The translations under genes were made by a program, and so were the position numbers. From positions 211,605 through 275,604 of the forward strand of contig CAVQBK010000003.1 of NCBI GenBank assembly GCA_963710755.1: 64,000 bases of DNA. Direction: 5' to 3'. The notes beneath the pieces were generated by a model. That model was not told the origin of the DNA and searched no databases. It saw only the letters and a program-made list of their open reading frames with translations. The stretch's first letter is position 1, and every line of letters begins with the position of its first letter. Shown piece by piece: positions 18,083 through 28,115 of the stretch. This stretch comes from an uncultured bacterium. Its GTDB lineage: Bacteria; Oederibacteriota; JAAXVQ01; JAUVAV01.

Positions 18083-20053
18083 ATGTTTGGTAAACTGAGC
18101 CTGGCCGCGCTTCCCCTGAAAGACCCGCTTACGTTTGGCGCTTTTATATTTCTTGTACTGGCCGTCATCGCCGTGGCCCTTCTGATCACCTACCTGCACA
18201 GATGGAGGTGGCTGTGGAAAGAATGGCTGACCTCGGTGGATCATAAAAAAATCGGCGTCATGTATATCGTGGTGGCCAGCATGATGGGGCTGCGCGCTTT
18301 TATTGACGGCGTGATGATGCGCTCCCAGCAGGCCGTGGCCTTTGGCCCGGGCCAGGGACCCTTCAGTCCCGAGCTTTACAACCAGGTGTTCAGCGCTCAT
18401 GGCACCATCATGATTCTGTTTATGGCCATGCCACTCCTGATCGGCCTGATTAATATTGTGGTGCCCTTGCAAATCGGCACCCGCGACGTGGCTTTTCCTT
18501 TCATGAATTCCATCAGCTTTTACCTGTTTGTGGTGGGCGCCGTGCTTGCCAACCTTTCCCTGGGCATTGGGCAGTTCTCCCAAGCCGGGTGGTCCGGCTA
18601 TGCCCCCCTCACGGAAATCGGCTTTTCCCCGGGGGTGGGCGTCGATTATTACATCTGGAGTGTTGAAATATCGGGGATTGGAACCCTGCTCACGGGCATC
18701 AATTTTTTGGTCACCATACTGAGGCAGCGCGCGCCCGGCATGAGTTTGATGAAGATGCCGGTTTTCACCTGGACGGCTTTTTTCAGTTCCGTACTGATCA
18801 TTGGCGCTTTTCCCGTGCTCACCGTGGTCCTGGGACTTTTAGCCCTTGACCGCACTGCGGGCATGCACTTCTTTACCAATGCGCTTGGCGGCAACCCCAT
18901 GATGTATGTGAACCTTTTTTGGGCCTGGGGCCATCCTGAGGTTTATATCCTGATCCTGCCTGCATTTGGAGTATTTGCCGAGACTTCAGCCACCTTCAGC
19001 GGTAACCCCTTGTTTGGCTACAAGTCCGTGGTGATGGCCACCCTGGCCATCGTGGTGCTTTCCTATTCGGTTTGGGTTCATCACTTTTTTACCATGGGCG
19101 CCGGCGGCAATGTGAACGCCGTGTTTGGCATATCGACCATGCTGATTGCCATCCCCACGGGCGTGAAGATATTAAATTGGTTGTTTACCATGTTTCGGGG
19201 CAGACTCCGGTATCATACGCCTGTGCTCTGGACGCTTGGGTTTATGGTGCTCTTTACCATCGGCGGCATGACGGGCATGATGCTCGCCATGCCGCCCGCT
19301 GATTTCGTACTGCATGCCAGCATGTTTTTGATTGCTCACTTTCACAATGTGATCGTCGGCGGTACTGTATTTGGCGCCATGGCCGGTTTCATCTACTGGT
19401 TCCCAAAGGCCTTTGGGTTTAAACTTCACGAGCGCCTGGGCAAATCCGCCTTCTGGCTGTTCGCCAGCGGCTTTGTTCTCACTTTTGGACCGATGTATAT
19501 TCTGGGGTTTATGGGCATGACCCGGCGGCTTAATTATACAGAGAACCCCGCCTGGCGGCCTTTGCTCTGGATAGCGGCCCTTGGCGTGACCGTTTTTGCG
19601 CTCAGCTTACTTACCATGGCCATTCAATTGATCGTGAGCATACGCCAGCGCAAGCAAAACCGGGATCTCACGGGAGACCCCTGGGACGGCCGCACCCTTG
19701 AATGGTCCGTGCCTTCACCGCCACCGAGTTACAATTTTGCCATTATTCCCACGGTCACCGAACGCGATGCGTTTTGGGCGGCGAAGCAAAGCGGCCAAGG
19801 GAAAGCGCCTCAAGACTATAAGGATATTATGGAGCCGTGTAATACGTCGGCCGGTCTTTTTATCGGCGTCTTCAGTCTGCTTTTCGGATTTGCCATGATT
19901 TGGCAGATCTGGTGGCTCGCCATCTTCGGCGTGATCGGTGTTATCGTAACCTTGATTATCCGCACGTCCAATGATCATATTTATAAAATGATAAGCGCTG
20001 AAGAAGTCCGGCGGGAAGACCTGGCCGCCTCAATGGGGCAGGCCGGGCATTAA
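18083..20053 (+). CDS. cyoB: Cytochrome bo3-type ubiquinol oxidase subunit I (heme-copper oxidase)
   Basis: 656 aa polytopic protein with conserved heme-copper subunit I blocks ([33 protein letters not shown]). RBS GAGGAGAG. Confidence 0.9.
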   Translation: MFGKLSLAALPLKDPLTFGAFIFLVLAVIAVALLITYLHRWRWLWKEWLTSVDHKKIGVMYIVVASMMGLRAFIDGVMMRSQQAVAFGPGQGPFSPELYNQVFSAHGTIMILFMAMPLLIGLINIVVPLQIGTRDVAFPFMNSISFYLFVVGAVLANLSLGIGQFSQAGWSGYAPLTEIGFSPGVGVDYYIWSVEISGIGTLLTGINFLVTILRQRAPGMSLMKMPVFTWTAFFSSVLIIGAFPVLTVVLGLLALDRTAGMHFFTNALGGNPMMYVNLFWAWGHPEVYILILPAFGVFAETSATFSGNPLFGYKSVVMATLAIVVLSYSVWVHHFFTMGAGGNVNAVFGISTMLIAIPTGVKILNWLFTMFRGRLRYHTPVLWTLGFMVLFTIGGMTGMMLAMPPADFVLHASMFLIAHFHNVIVGGTVFGAMAGFIYWFPKAFGFKLHERLGKSAFWLFASGFVLTFGPMYILGFMGMTRRLNYTENPAWRPLLWIAALGVTVFALSLLTMAIQLIVSIRQRKQNRDLTGDPWDGRTLEWSVPSPPPSYNFAIIPTVTERDAFWAAKQSGQGKAPQDYKDIMEPCNTSAGLFIGVFSLLFGFAMIWQIWWLAIFGVIGVIVTLIIRTSNDHIYKMISAEEVRREDLAASMGQAGH

Positions 20054-20071
20054 GCGAAAAGAGAGGAATTC

Positions 20072-20671
20072 ATGAGCAATTCAACTGTACAAGAGCCCAT
20101 CTACGGGGGGAGCGAAATTGCTTCTACCCGCTTATTCGGCTTCTGGGCTTATATCATGAGTGATTTAGTGCTGTTTGGAACCTTGTTTGTGACTTATGCC
20201 GTTCTTTCCCGGAATTATGCAGGCGGGCCCACGGGAAAGGAACTCTTTAATCTGCGTGGGGTTCTGATGGAAACTTTTTTCCTTCTCACCAGCAGCTTTA
20301 CTTACGGCCTGGCCACCGTATCGGCCGCCAAAGGCAGGCGCGGATGGTTGCTCGGGTTTATGGCCGTCACCTTTGCTCTTGGCGCCGGCTTTGTGGCCCA
20401 CGAAATCCATGAATTCTCAGGATTGGTGGCAGCCGGGCATGGACCGGGGACAAGCGCCTTTTTATCCGCCTTTTTCACGCTCGTGGGGACCCATGGCCTT
20501 CACGTCAGTGTGGGCCTCCTCTGGATGGCGGTCCTGGCCGTACAGCTTGCCGCCAAAGGGCTTACACCGGCCACCAGCATTCGAGTAAAGACGCTGGGCT
20601 TGTTCTGGCACTTTCTGGACATTATCTGGATCTGTCTTTTTACCTTTGTTTATCTTATGGGGGCAATGTAA
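20072..20671 (+). CDS. cyoC: Cytochrome o ubiquinol oxidase subunit III
   Basis: 199-aa membrane protein. Position and size fit, and the C-terminal ...FWHFLDIIWICLFTFVYLMG is typical of subunit III. Confidence 0.8.
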   Translation: MSNSTVQEPIYGGSEIASTRLFGFWAYIMSDLVLFGTLFVTYAVLSRNYAGGPTGKELFNLRGVLMETFFLLTSSFTYGLATVSAAKGRRGWLLGFMAVTFALGAGFVAHEIHEFSGLVAAGHGPGTSAFLSAFFTLVGTHGLHVSVGLLWMAVLAVQLAAKGLTPATSIRVKTLGLFWHFLDIIWICLFTFVYLMGAM

Positions 20672-20998
20672 ATGAATAATCCTTATGTTCCTCACGCCAA
20701 GCCCGGAGAACTCCGGGATTACACCATCGGCTACCTGCTGTCCCTTCTTCTGACCGTGGTGCCCTTTATTCTGGTAATGAATAAGGTGCTTTCCGCAACC
20801 ATGGCCATCGTGGTGATCAGTGCCCTGGCGGTAACGCAAATGGCCGTGCACTTGACCTTATTTCTTCGCCTTCACAAGGCGTCGGACGAGCCCTTCAAAC
20901 TTACCATCTTTTATTATACGCTGATTATTCTGGCCATCTTAGTGGGCGCTTCCATTTGGATTATGCATCATCTGGATATGTATCATATGGTGCCTTGA
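20672..20998 (+). CDS. cyoD: Cytochrome o ubiquinol oxidase subunit IV
   Basis: 108 aa with three TM segments. ATG overlaps the cyoC stop. Confidence 0.75.
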   Translation: MNNPYVPHAKPGELRDYTIGYLLSLLLTVVPFILVMNKVLSATMAIVVISALAVTQMAVHLTLFLRLHKASDEPFKLTIFYYTLIILAILVGASIWIMHHLDMYHMVP

Positions 20999-21045
20999 GC
21001 AAGCTCAAACAACGGCATTGAACAATACGGGAAGGGGTAACAACC

Positions 21046-21990
21046 ATGACATCTTTAAAAGCTTATACTTTACTGGCCTCCATCGCTTTGGCGTCGGTGT
21101 GTATTCTTATGGTTTTGGGAGGCGCTGTAAGCTTCATGGGGGCCGCCAAAGCCATCCCTGATTGGCCCTCAACCTTCGGGAGTATCCTGCCTCCGGCTGA
21201 ACTGGGGGCCTTCGTCGAATACCTGCACCGGGTCATGGCGGTCATTGTGGGTCTGTTGGTCGTGGCCCTGGCCGTCATAGGACTGCTTAAGTTCCGTGCC
21301 CGGCCCTGGCTCCTGGTGCCGCCGCTTCTGACGATGGTATTGCTTGCCGTTGTTTCCACCGTGGGCGCCTTGGTTGTTCTCGGCTCCGTGTCGCCCATCG
21401 TCGCGGCCGTGGATGTAGCCAGTGCCCTGATGGTGCTGGCCTTGATGGTCACCATGGTTCAGGTCGGCCTTTATCTCCTGCGCCATCCTCAGGGCACTAT
21501 CCGCCTTGGCTTCCGGGATCCCTTTTCCAAGTTGGCGCTTAGTGCCACTGCCGTATTGTATGTGGTCTTGTTATCCGGTCTTTCCGTGGGCATCCCCAGC
21601 CCTGCCAACTGCCTGGGCCTGCCCCTGTGGAACCATGCCTTATCCCTGGCCGGCCATGGGTCTTGGCTGCGAACAGGGCACTTCCTTTTATCCAACGTGG
21701 CCGTCGTGCTCGTCTTCCTGGTGGCCATAACGTCCTGGACCCAATCGCGTCTGCAAACCCCACGGCGGTTTTTGGCTACCGCTGCCTTCCTATTGCTGAT
21801 CACCTCCATAGGTGCCAGTGAGCTGGCGGCAGCCCATGGCTTTCCCTGGTCCCTGATGGCCATCCGCGTTTCCACGGCAACCTTGCTTTGGGCCGCGCTC
21901 ACGGCATTGGTGGTTCACGAAGGCTTGCAAGCAGCGCTTCCTGAAACTGAAAAGGAATTAAGTGCTGTTGACAGCCTTAACCTGATATGA
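21046..21990 (+). CDS. ctaA: Heme A synthase-like protein (CtaA/COX15 family)
   Basis: 314-aa polytopic protein with an N-terminal ...AIPDWPSTFG... region and conserved His in TM helices. Confidence 0.55.
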   Translation: MTSLKAYTLLASIALASVCILMVLGGAVSFMGAAKAIPDWPSTFGSILPPAELGAFVEYLHRVMAVIVGLLVVALAVIGLLKFRARPWLLVPPLLTMVLLAVVSTVGALVVLGSVSPIVAAVDVASALMVLALMVTMVQVGLYLLRHPQGTIRLGFRDPFSKLALSATAVLYVVLLSGLSVGIPSPANCLGLPLWNHALSLAGHGSWLRTGHFLLSNVAVVLVFLVAITSWTQSRLQTPRRFLATAAFLLLITSIGASELAAAHGFPWSLMAIRVSTATLLWAALTALVVHEGLQAALPETEKELSAVDSLNLI

Positions 21991-22844
21991 ACCTTTGGAA
22001 AATTTATTCTTCCCTTTCCCGTTTTTATCTTTCTTTGGCCGTGGCCCTTTCCGGCTTGATCGGCTTTATTTTTTATGAGGGCCGGCTTAATTTAAAGGCC
22101 TTCATGCTTTTGCTGGGAATATTTTTGCTTTCCAATGCCGCTTCTGCCTTGAATCAATATCAGGAGCGAGCCTTGGACGCCCTCCTCCCGCGTACCCAAA
22201 ACAGGCCCTTGCCGGCACAGGCTATTTCCATAAAAAGTAGTTGGTTGTTTATATGTTCAACTTGCCTTTCGGGCTTGCTCATTTTACTTTTGGGCGCAAA
22301 TTTATTAACAGCCGTTTTAGGGGCTTTTAATTTGCTGTGGTATGGTGCGGTTTACACGCCTTTAAAAATGAAAACAAAATATGCCGTATTTTTAGGCGCC
22401 ATTTGTGGGGTTATCCCGCCTATCATGGGCTGGACCGCGGCCGGCGGGTCGATGTTTAATTATAAAATTGTCTTTATTGCCTTATTTGTATTTTTATGGC
22501 AAATCCCTCATGTTTTTCTTCTGCATTTAAAATATCAGAATGAGTTTGAATCGGCAAAGATGCCTTTAATTTTATCCACTTCCGACCAGCTTAAAAATAG
22601 AAGGTTGGTGTTTTATTGGATCTTAGCCACGATCTTGTGCACTTTTCTATATCCATTTTTTAATATTTTTAACAAAAGTTGGTTGATCATACTTTTATTA
22701 ATAGTCGATGGGGTTGTTCTTCTTTATTCTTTTTATCACTTGTTTTTCATTCCCAAACTTTCAACCAGCATCAACAAATTAATCCTAAGTTTCCATTTTT
22801 ATCAGCTGATTATTTTTGCATTGATTATGCTGGCAACGGAATAA
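21987..22844 (+). CDS. cyoE: Protoheme IX farnesyltransferase (heme O synthase, UbiA family)
   Basis: LNQYQERALDALLPRTQNRPLP corresponds to the N-x3-(D/E)-x3-D ... RTxNRP prenyltransferase motif. Start overlaps the ctaA stop. The gene is markedly AT-rich relative to upstream cyo genes. Confidence 0.7.
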   Translation: MNLWKIYSSLSRFYLSLAVALSGLIGFIFYEGRLNLKAFMLLLGIFLLSNAASALNQYQERALDALLPRTQNRPLPAQAISIKSSWLFICSTCLSGLLILLLGANLLTAVLGAFNLLWYGAVYTPLKMKTKYAVFLGAICGVIPPIMGWTAAGGSMFNYKIVFIALFVFLWQIPHVFLLHLKYQNEFESAKMPLILSTSDQLKNRRLVFYWILATILCTFLYPFFNIFNKSWLIILLLIVDGVVLLYSFYHLFFIPKLSTSINKLILSFHFYQLIIFALIMLATE

Positions 22845-22935
22845 AACCAGCGGAAGAGATGGGCACCACTTTTTCCCGTGGTCTTTGACGATCCAGCTTG
22901 CAATTTTATTTATGGAGAAGGCTGAGCCCGGACCA

Positions 22936-23026
22936 CTGCTCCCCCAAGAAAAGCCGAATCTCGGATGGAGGCCGTCCCTGGGCAGGAGGGGCTATTAAGC
23001 TGTTATGGTGTTAACGTCCTGTTGAC
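22936..23026. repeat. R2 repeat (copy 1): ~90-bp unit ending ATTAAGCTGTTATGGTGTTAACGTCCTGTTGAC
   Basis: Aligns by eye with 24644-24733 and partly with 28629-28691. Its 3' end resembles the MITE terminal inverted repeat. Confidence 0.55.
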
Positions 23027-23031
23027 TTCAA

Positions 23032-23409
23032 TCACGATCTGGCGAGACCACGTTCTAATATAGCAATCACTTCCGTATTCAGGCTGACGCCTTCCCGCTC
23101 TGCCTCCAAGGCAAGACGTTCATGCAGCGTTTTCGGAACCCGCACATTGAATTTTCCACTATATTTTTCCCGGGGCAATGGGATCGATCGTCCTCGCCTT
23201 AATTCTTCCTCCAGCCAAACCTCCTTGGCTTCGGCAATCATTTTTAACGCCTCTTCCTCCGTCTCACCTTGTGATACACAGCCGGGCAGATCAGGGATGA
23301 CCGCAACATAACCGCCGTCTTGATTATCCGGAATTAAATCCACACGGTACTTCAATTTAATATACTTTAAGAGATCGGCTTTGATATTCCTACCAGCCAT
23401 GGTTATCAT
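23032..23409 (-). CDS. hicB: HicB-family antitoxin (N-terminal HicB fold plus C-terminal RHH)
   Basis: 125 aa. C-terminal FNVRVPKTLHERLALEAEREGVSLNTEV is a ribbon-helix-helix. Overlaps the hicA stop by 4 nt. Confidence 0.75.
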   Translation of the reverse strand: MITMAGRNIKADLLKYIKLKYRVDLIPDNQDGGYVAVIPDLPGCVSQGETEEEALKMIAEAKEVWLEEELRRGRSIPLPREKYSGKFNVRVPKTLHERLALEAEREGVSLNTEVIAILERGLARS

Positions 23410-23648
23410 TCCTCTCCGCTAAGATAGCGCGCAAGCACAGTTCGCACTTGTTCCACGTAACAGCGCTTTACAGGATTATTCCTGGGCAATGTGATGGTGG
23501 TATATTTCTGATGTGAAAAAACCGTATGGCTGCCTTTGCCCTGTCTTTCCACATAGCCCAGTTTCAACAATACTTTGACAATTTCCGAGTACCTAATCTC
23601 TCTTCTCTTATCCATGACTGCAAATAAGAGTTTATCCAGCTTGGTCAT
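23406..23648 (-). CDS. hicA: HicA-family mRNA interferase toxin
   Basis: 80 aa with GKGSHTVFSH (the HicA GSHxxF motif). Confidence 0.75.
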   Translation of the reverse strand: MTKLDKLLFAVMDKRREIRYSEIVKVLLKLGYVERQGKGSHTVFSHQKYTTITLPRNNPVKRCYVEQVRTVLARYLSGEE

Positions 23649-23846
23649 GAAATGTCCTTCTTTTTATGGTACTATATTCGGTACTACATATCAATAGCTT
23701 AATAATTTAAATAGCCGCGCGCCAAAACAGGGATGCCGGCGCCAAGGTTTAAATTATTGGACCGGAAAACAGCAATTTTCTTTCGAAAAATGTTAATTTT
23801 TTCCCTTCCTCCCCGTCCCCCGTGCCTCCCTGTGAATAGTCCTTTT

Positions 23847-24164
23847 TTATCTTGTCCCGTTTTTTAATCTCTTCACTTCTTCCACCACCGCCATCTCTAT
23901 GACCGTCCGCAAGCTCCACACAATCTCATTGACCATGGTTAGATCCATCTCCTCCGGACAGGCCGCCACGGGGTTGGCCTCCATCATACATGTGTACTCC
24001 CCGGCCCAATGAAAGATAGGAATCTCCTTGAGCAGGATACGGTTGTCAATGGTCACCCGGGCTATGCCGATAATAGCGGATAAGTTCGAAGTGCTGGGGT
24101 AGATGGTGATGGAGAGATTGGGGGATTGGGGCATGGGGCGTTCCTTGTGTGGCTTATTTTCCAT
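23847..24164 (-). CDS. Small conserved hypothetical protein (copy 1 of a duplicated gene; paralog at 27828-28115)
   Basis: 105 aa. From MPQSPNL onward it is ~96% identical to the 95-aa paralog (4 aa differences). Divergently paired with an XRE-family regulator. Confidence 0.5.
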   Translation of the reverse strand: MENKPHKERPMPQSPNLSITIYPSTSNLSAIIGIARVTIDNRILLKEIPIFHWAGEYTCMMEANPVAACPEEMDLTMVNEIVWSLRTVIEMAVVEEVKRLKNGTR

Positions 24165-24252
24165 ATTATGCCAATCCTTCGGTTTAAGGTCAAGGTTTTT
24201 ATGTGGCTAACTTTCTGTTTGCTAATTTTCTGCAAGGAATTAGATTACTGCC

Positions 24253-24564
24253 ATGCCTACTAAGTCTAAAGAATCAAACATCATTCAAAAGAGCATGGGC
24301 CATGTCATTCGGACATTGCGTTTCAAGCTGAATCTTACCCAAAGTCAGCTGGCCGAAAAAGCCGGCCTGGACCGCACCTATATTGGGGATATTGAAATCG
24401 GCGGCCGCAATATCGCCCTGCGCACTTTCTTTCGCCTAGCTGCAGCCCTTGAGGTGTCGCCGGACAAGTTCATGAAATTATTGACCAAACAACTGGAAGC
24501 GGATCATAAGGGATTTGATTGGAAGAAACTCATGGAAAAAGATAAGTGGGTGGAGAGAGGGTAA
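24253..24564 (+). CDS. XRE-family (Cro/C1-type HTH) transcriptional regulator, copy 1
   Basis: 103 aa. HTH core LTQSQLAEKAGLDRTYIGDIEIG. C-terminal ~35-aa extension ends KDKWVERG, shared with copy 2 and with the fragment at 26571-26710. Confidence 0.7.
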   Translation: MPTKSKESNIIQKSMGHVIRTLRFKLNLTQSQLAEKAGLDRTYIGDIEIGGRNIALRTFFRLAAALEVSPDKFMKLLTKQLEADHKGFDWKKLMEKDKWVERG

Positions 24565-24643
24565 AGGTAGGTATCAAAATAACAGCATGTATTTCCCCTC
24601 GCCCCGTGCCAGCGGGGAGAGGTTGGGTGAGGGGCCCAGTATA
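24565..24643. repeat. Conserved 3' tail of the XRE gene with a G/C-rich imperfect hairpin (CCCCTCGCCCCG-TGCCAGC-GGGGAGAGG...GGTGAGGGG); also at 28549-28628
   Basis: Near-identical between the two XRE copies although the XRE coding regions have diverged. Confidence 0.5.
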
Positions 24644-24733
24644 CTCCTCCCCCAAAAAAGTCGAATCTCGGGTGGATGCCGTCCCTGGGCAGGAGGGGCA
24701 ATTAAGTTGTTATGTTGTTAACGTCCCGTTGAC
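24644..24733. repeat. R2 repeat (copy 2), ending ATTAAGTTGTTATGTTGTTAACGTCCCGTTGAC (MITE-like terminus)
   Basis: Aligns with 22936-23026. The last ~35 bp match the right end of the MITE family. Confidence 0.55.
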
Positions 24734-24772
24734 CCGTATTTCCGGCGCATTTTTTAAAGAAAGGGGCAAACC

Positions 24773-26269
24773 ATGAAAAAGTTAACTTATAGCCTGCTCT
24801 TATGTGGGCTTATATTGGATGGTTCCGTTCACGCTGAACTCGTCGAAAGAGGAACGCTCTCCGGCATCGTAACCACCTTTGACTCGGACAACGCAGGCGT
24901 TCTGTACCGAAACAGTGCCTCTGAGTATTGGCACCTAACTCGAGGCGGCGACGCCAAAAAACTTATCGCCAATTCACATTCTGAACGTGTGACATCGGTG
25001 TCACCTCAGCGCACTTACGCCCTTCTCCGCGGAATGGAAGGCATTCACATTGTGAAACTCAAAACCGGAGAAAAAATCCCCATAAAATTTAAGTTGAATT
25101 TTTCTCATCATGCTACCTGGCTTTTGGATGAAAGTAAATTCGCCTTTGTATCACGAAACAAGAAAGAAAGTGAACGCCCGGTTCTTTCTAATTTTACTGA
25201 AAATCTCTATCTTTTTAATGTTATTGAGTATGTCAAGGATTACAAGAATCGGTCACTCGCGGATATCGGTAATTATACAACAAAACTTACAACGTATACC
25301 AAAGGCTTTTGGATAGACAATCTCGCCTGGGCTACCGATCAGAAGAGACTTGCCTTTGGAACCTACCATCCGGAGAAAGTGAACAATCAATCTAAGTATT
25401 TTCATACGATAGAAGTTGTTGATATCTCCAGTGAAATGATTTCTACTGTAGCCAAGATGCCCAGCGATGGAATCTATTGGACCGGAAAGGATTCGCTGGC
25501 GTTTTTCGGCTATACCAAAGCAGGTGGTTGGACGCTCTACGCCAAAGAAGGCCAAGGGCCTGTAAAGCAACTCGTTCAGGGACGACCACACCATTGGGCT
25601 TTTTCCGAACAAGAGCGGAGTTATTTATACGACATGCCGCCTCACTCATCAAATCCGGGAAACGAACACTTTTGGAAGAATTTGGATAATAAAAGCATGA
25701 CCAGGATAGTAGGTGCTCTAAGGAATCCGATGTTATCCAAGGACGGAAAGTGGCTCTCATTCCAAGTCCCTGATACACTGGACAAAGCCATGGCCATCTT
25801 GGTTGAAACAAAACTCATCTCAGAGCGTGCCGTTAATGGGACAGTCAAGGTTGAGGACCTCATCCAAATACGTATGGGAGAAAGGCCATCAGTTTATGAC
25901 GTGAAGTCGTCACCCCTCCCTCAGCCATCGGTCACTTTTCGTTTGAATGATGTACAGGCCAATCAGGAATTCATCTCGTATGAGCTACATCTAAAGAATG
26001 AATTCAATGACAGGTACTTGCGTTTTAAATTTGTAAACCAACAGCAGATTGCCGGCAAAATTACAGACGCAACTGGCAATGAAGTCCTATCATGGCCGAG
26101 GATCGTTCAACCTGCCGTTTCAGCTTTCCTCGTGGGGCCGCATGAAACCAAGGTGTTCAGCGGACGTACCTCTTCCTCGTTGAAACCGGGTCAGACCTAT
26201 ACCGTCGCCTTTGAACTGATAGGATACCAAAACATTCCGACAGTCCAAACACAATTTACAGTCGACTAG
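24773..26269 (+). CDS. Secreted hypothetical protein (signal peptide; 498 aa), lower-GC
   Basis: N-terminal MKKLTYSLLLCGLILDGSVHA signal. No recognisable catalytic motif. Composition differs from the core genome. Confidence 0.5.
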   Translation: MKKLTYSLLLCGLILDGSVHAELVERGTLSGIVTTFDSDNAGVLYRNSASEYWHLTRGGDAKKLIANSHSERVTSVSPQRTYALLRGMEGIHIVKLKTGEKIPIKFKLNFSHHATWLLDESKFAFVSRNKKESERPVLSNFTENLYLFNVIEYVKDYKNRSLADIGNYTTKLTTYTKGFWIDNLAWATDQKRLAFGTYHPEKVNNQSKYFHTIEVVDISSEMISTVAKMPSDGIYWTGKDSLAFFGYTKAGGWTLYAKEGQGPVKQLVQGRPHHWAFSEQERSYLYDMPPHSSNPGNEHFWKNLDNKSMTRIVGALRNPMLSKDGKWLSFQVPDTLDKAMAILVETKLISERAVNGTVKVEDLIQIRMGERPSVYDVKSSPLPQPSVTFRLNDVQANQEFISYELHLKNEFNDRYLRFKFVNQQQIAGKITDATGNEVLSWPRIVQPAVSAFLVGPHETKVFSGRTSSSLKPGQTYTVAFELIGYQNIPTVQTQFTVD

Positions 26270-26350
26270 TTCCTGCTGGGCATATGTGGATATGGGACGA
26301 ACCTAACTAATGATTCCTGAGAAGTAAGTACCTTTTTTGAAGTCGAATAA

Positions 26351-26569
26351 GTTCTAGGGGACGTTAACAACATAACAACTTAATAGACAGTTCCAAATAA
26401 ATGCAGTTATAATTACACCATGCCACGACAAAAACGACTGAATTTACCAGGGTAACAGACATTTAAGTGAGCGCCAAAGAACAAGCGGTATCGAAATGGT
26501 TCGAAAAAGGAAGGGAGATTTGTGAACGAAAAAATATAAAGTTGTTAAGTTGTTAACGTCCCGTAGAAC
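26351..26569. mobile_element. MITE-like non-autonomous element, copy A (~219 bp, 21-bp TIRs GTTCTAGGGGACGTTAACAAC / GTTGTTAACGTCCCGTAGAAC)
   Basis: Near-identical copies at 37354-37572 and 38987-39204 in the opposite orientation. Terminal inverted repeats seen directly. No coding capacity. Confidence 0.7.
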
Positions 26570-26570
26570 A

Positions 26571-26710
26571 CTTTCTTTCGCCTAGCTGCAGCCCTTGAGG
26601 TGTCGCCGGACAAGTTCATGAAATTATTGGCCAAACAACTGGAAGCGGATCATAAGGGATTTGATTGGAAGAAACTCATGGAAAAAGATAAGTGGGTGGA
26701 GCGGGGTTGA
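26571..26710 (+). pseudogene. 3' fragment of an XRE-family regulator gene (third, truncated copy)
   Basis: Matches 24427-24564 of XRE copy 1 with a few substitutions. Starts 2 bp after the right TIR of MITE copy A, so the 5' part and the partner gene are missing. Confidence 0.65.
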
Positions 26711-26734
26711 TGGGGGGATAATTTCTTTGCTGGT

Positions 26735-27637
26735 TCAAACAAAATATCCGTCTTTCTTTAAAAACCGCTCATGTTTTTTCCTGTTACAATAAGGTGCATA
26801 AATTATTCCATCCCACTTCCATATTTTTTGATCATTAAATATAATGTCTATATTCATAGTTGTGTTTAATATTTTCTCCCACAGGTTTTTATAGGGATTA
26901 ATGCACAACGAAGATTGAAAGCAATCTTTTGCAGTACAAGTATTGTTAGCCGTATATTCATCAAAAGACTTCGAAACGATCCCCCCGATTATATCTATTA
27001 TTTTGATCGCTCTAGCTTCATCTGAATATTTTTCTGATTTTTTGGGAATAAAATAAGGGCCGCCCAGTATTACTTTTTTTTCTCGCGCCAAATCATGAAT
27101 CTGTACCTTGATTTTATCCTGATACTTACGGTCATTAATATCAATGAACCAATCCACTTTGGGGTTATTGAACAAATATGATCCTGGCTGATGGAAATTA
27201 AGTTTTTTTACAAAAGGAAATATTCTTTTAAATCCATATAAATAACCATTTTGTGCATGCCCGGCTATTATTGCTTTGTCTGTCAATTTTTGTCCGCATT
27301 CTACTTCTGATTTATTTAGAATATAAAAACCTAGAAGGCAAATATAGTCTCTGTTATTTCCCGATAAAAGCTCCGTAACAAAACCCTCAAGGGCACAAGG
27401 ATCGTCTTTAGCGACTTTCTTTAACTCAGACCATTTTCGCAAACGGGATTTAAGATATTTTCTTGAGCAGGAGCGGGCGATTTCAATGAATTTCTTCATC
27501 GATTCTTCGCCGGGAAAGCACGCCATTGAAATGATGTAATTTCTTGTGGCTCCAGAATAGGTTGTTCCCAAACATCCTGATTCATCGGAGATAACGATGA
27601 GTCGCAACTTTTTACCCCAAAAAAATAGCCCCGTCAT
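26735..27637 (-). CDS. DUF3800-family protein (AT-rich, 300 aa)
   Basis: N-terminal LRLIVISDESGCLG fits the DUF3800 hhYhDESG start. Strongly AT-rich compared with surrounding DNA. Confidence 0.45.
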   Translation of the reverse strand: MTGLFFWGKKLRLIVISDESGCLGTTYSGATRNYIISMACFPGEESMKKFIEIARSCSRKYLKSRLRKWSELKKVAKDDPCALEGFVTELLSGNNRDYICLLGFYILNKSEVECGQKLTDKAIIAGHAQNGYLYGFKRIFPFVKKLNFHQPGSYLFNNPKVDWFIDINDRKYQDKIKVQIHDLAREKKVILGGPYFIPKKSEKYSDEARAIKIIDIIGGIVSKSFDEYTANNTCTAKDCFQSSLCINPYKNLWEKILNTTMNIDIIFNDQKIWKWDGIIYAPYCNRKKHERFLKKDGYFV

Positions 27638-27827
27638 ACCCTCTCAAAGAGAGGTGAGTTCTCGACAAGGGCGAGAACCGACGGGGCTAATATAGGACAC
27701 CAATAATTTCTAAATAGAGTATATCTCAGCTTTTTATTGCCTACAAGTATAATTTTAAAGTTTTTATGATCCCCTTAAATTATCGGCATAATATTGCTGA
27801 TCCTAAATTTAATATGCCTATTCCCTT

Positions 27828-28115
27828 TTATCTTGTCCCGTTTTTTAATCTCTTCACTTCTTCCACCACCGCCATCTCTATGACCGCCCGCAAGCTCCAC
27901 ACAATCTCATTGACCATGGTTAGATCCATCTTCTCCGGGCAGGCCGCCACGGGCTTGGCCTCCATCATACATGTGTACTCTCCGGCCCAATGAAAGATAG
28001 GAATCTCCTTGAGCAGGATACGGTTGTCAATGGTCACCCGGGCTATGCCGATAATAGCGGATAAGTTCGAAGTGCTGGGGTAGATGGTGATGGAGAGATT
28101 GGGGGAGTGGGGCAT
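27828..28115 (-). CDS. Small conserved hypothetical protein (copy 2; paralog of 23847-24164)
   Basis: 95 aa. Nucleotide identity to copy 1 runs from ~27826 through the start codon (6 substitutions). Confidence 0.5.
   Translation of the reverse strand: MPHSPNLSITIYPSTSNLSAIIGIARVTIDNRILLKEIPIFHWAGEYTCMMEAKPVAACPEKMDLTMVNEIVWSLRAVIEMAVVEEVKRLKNGTR

Noticed and set aside
17372-18583. 403-aa His/Gly-rich minus-strand ORF
   Set aside because: Antisense to cyoA/cyoB, which are unambiguous. Low-complexity translation is typical of reverse-frame artefacts.
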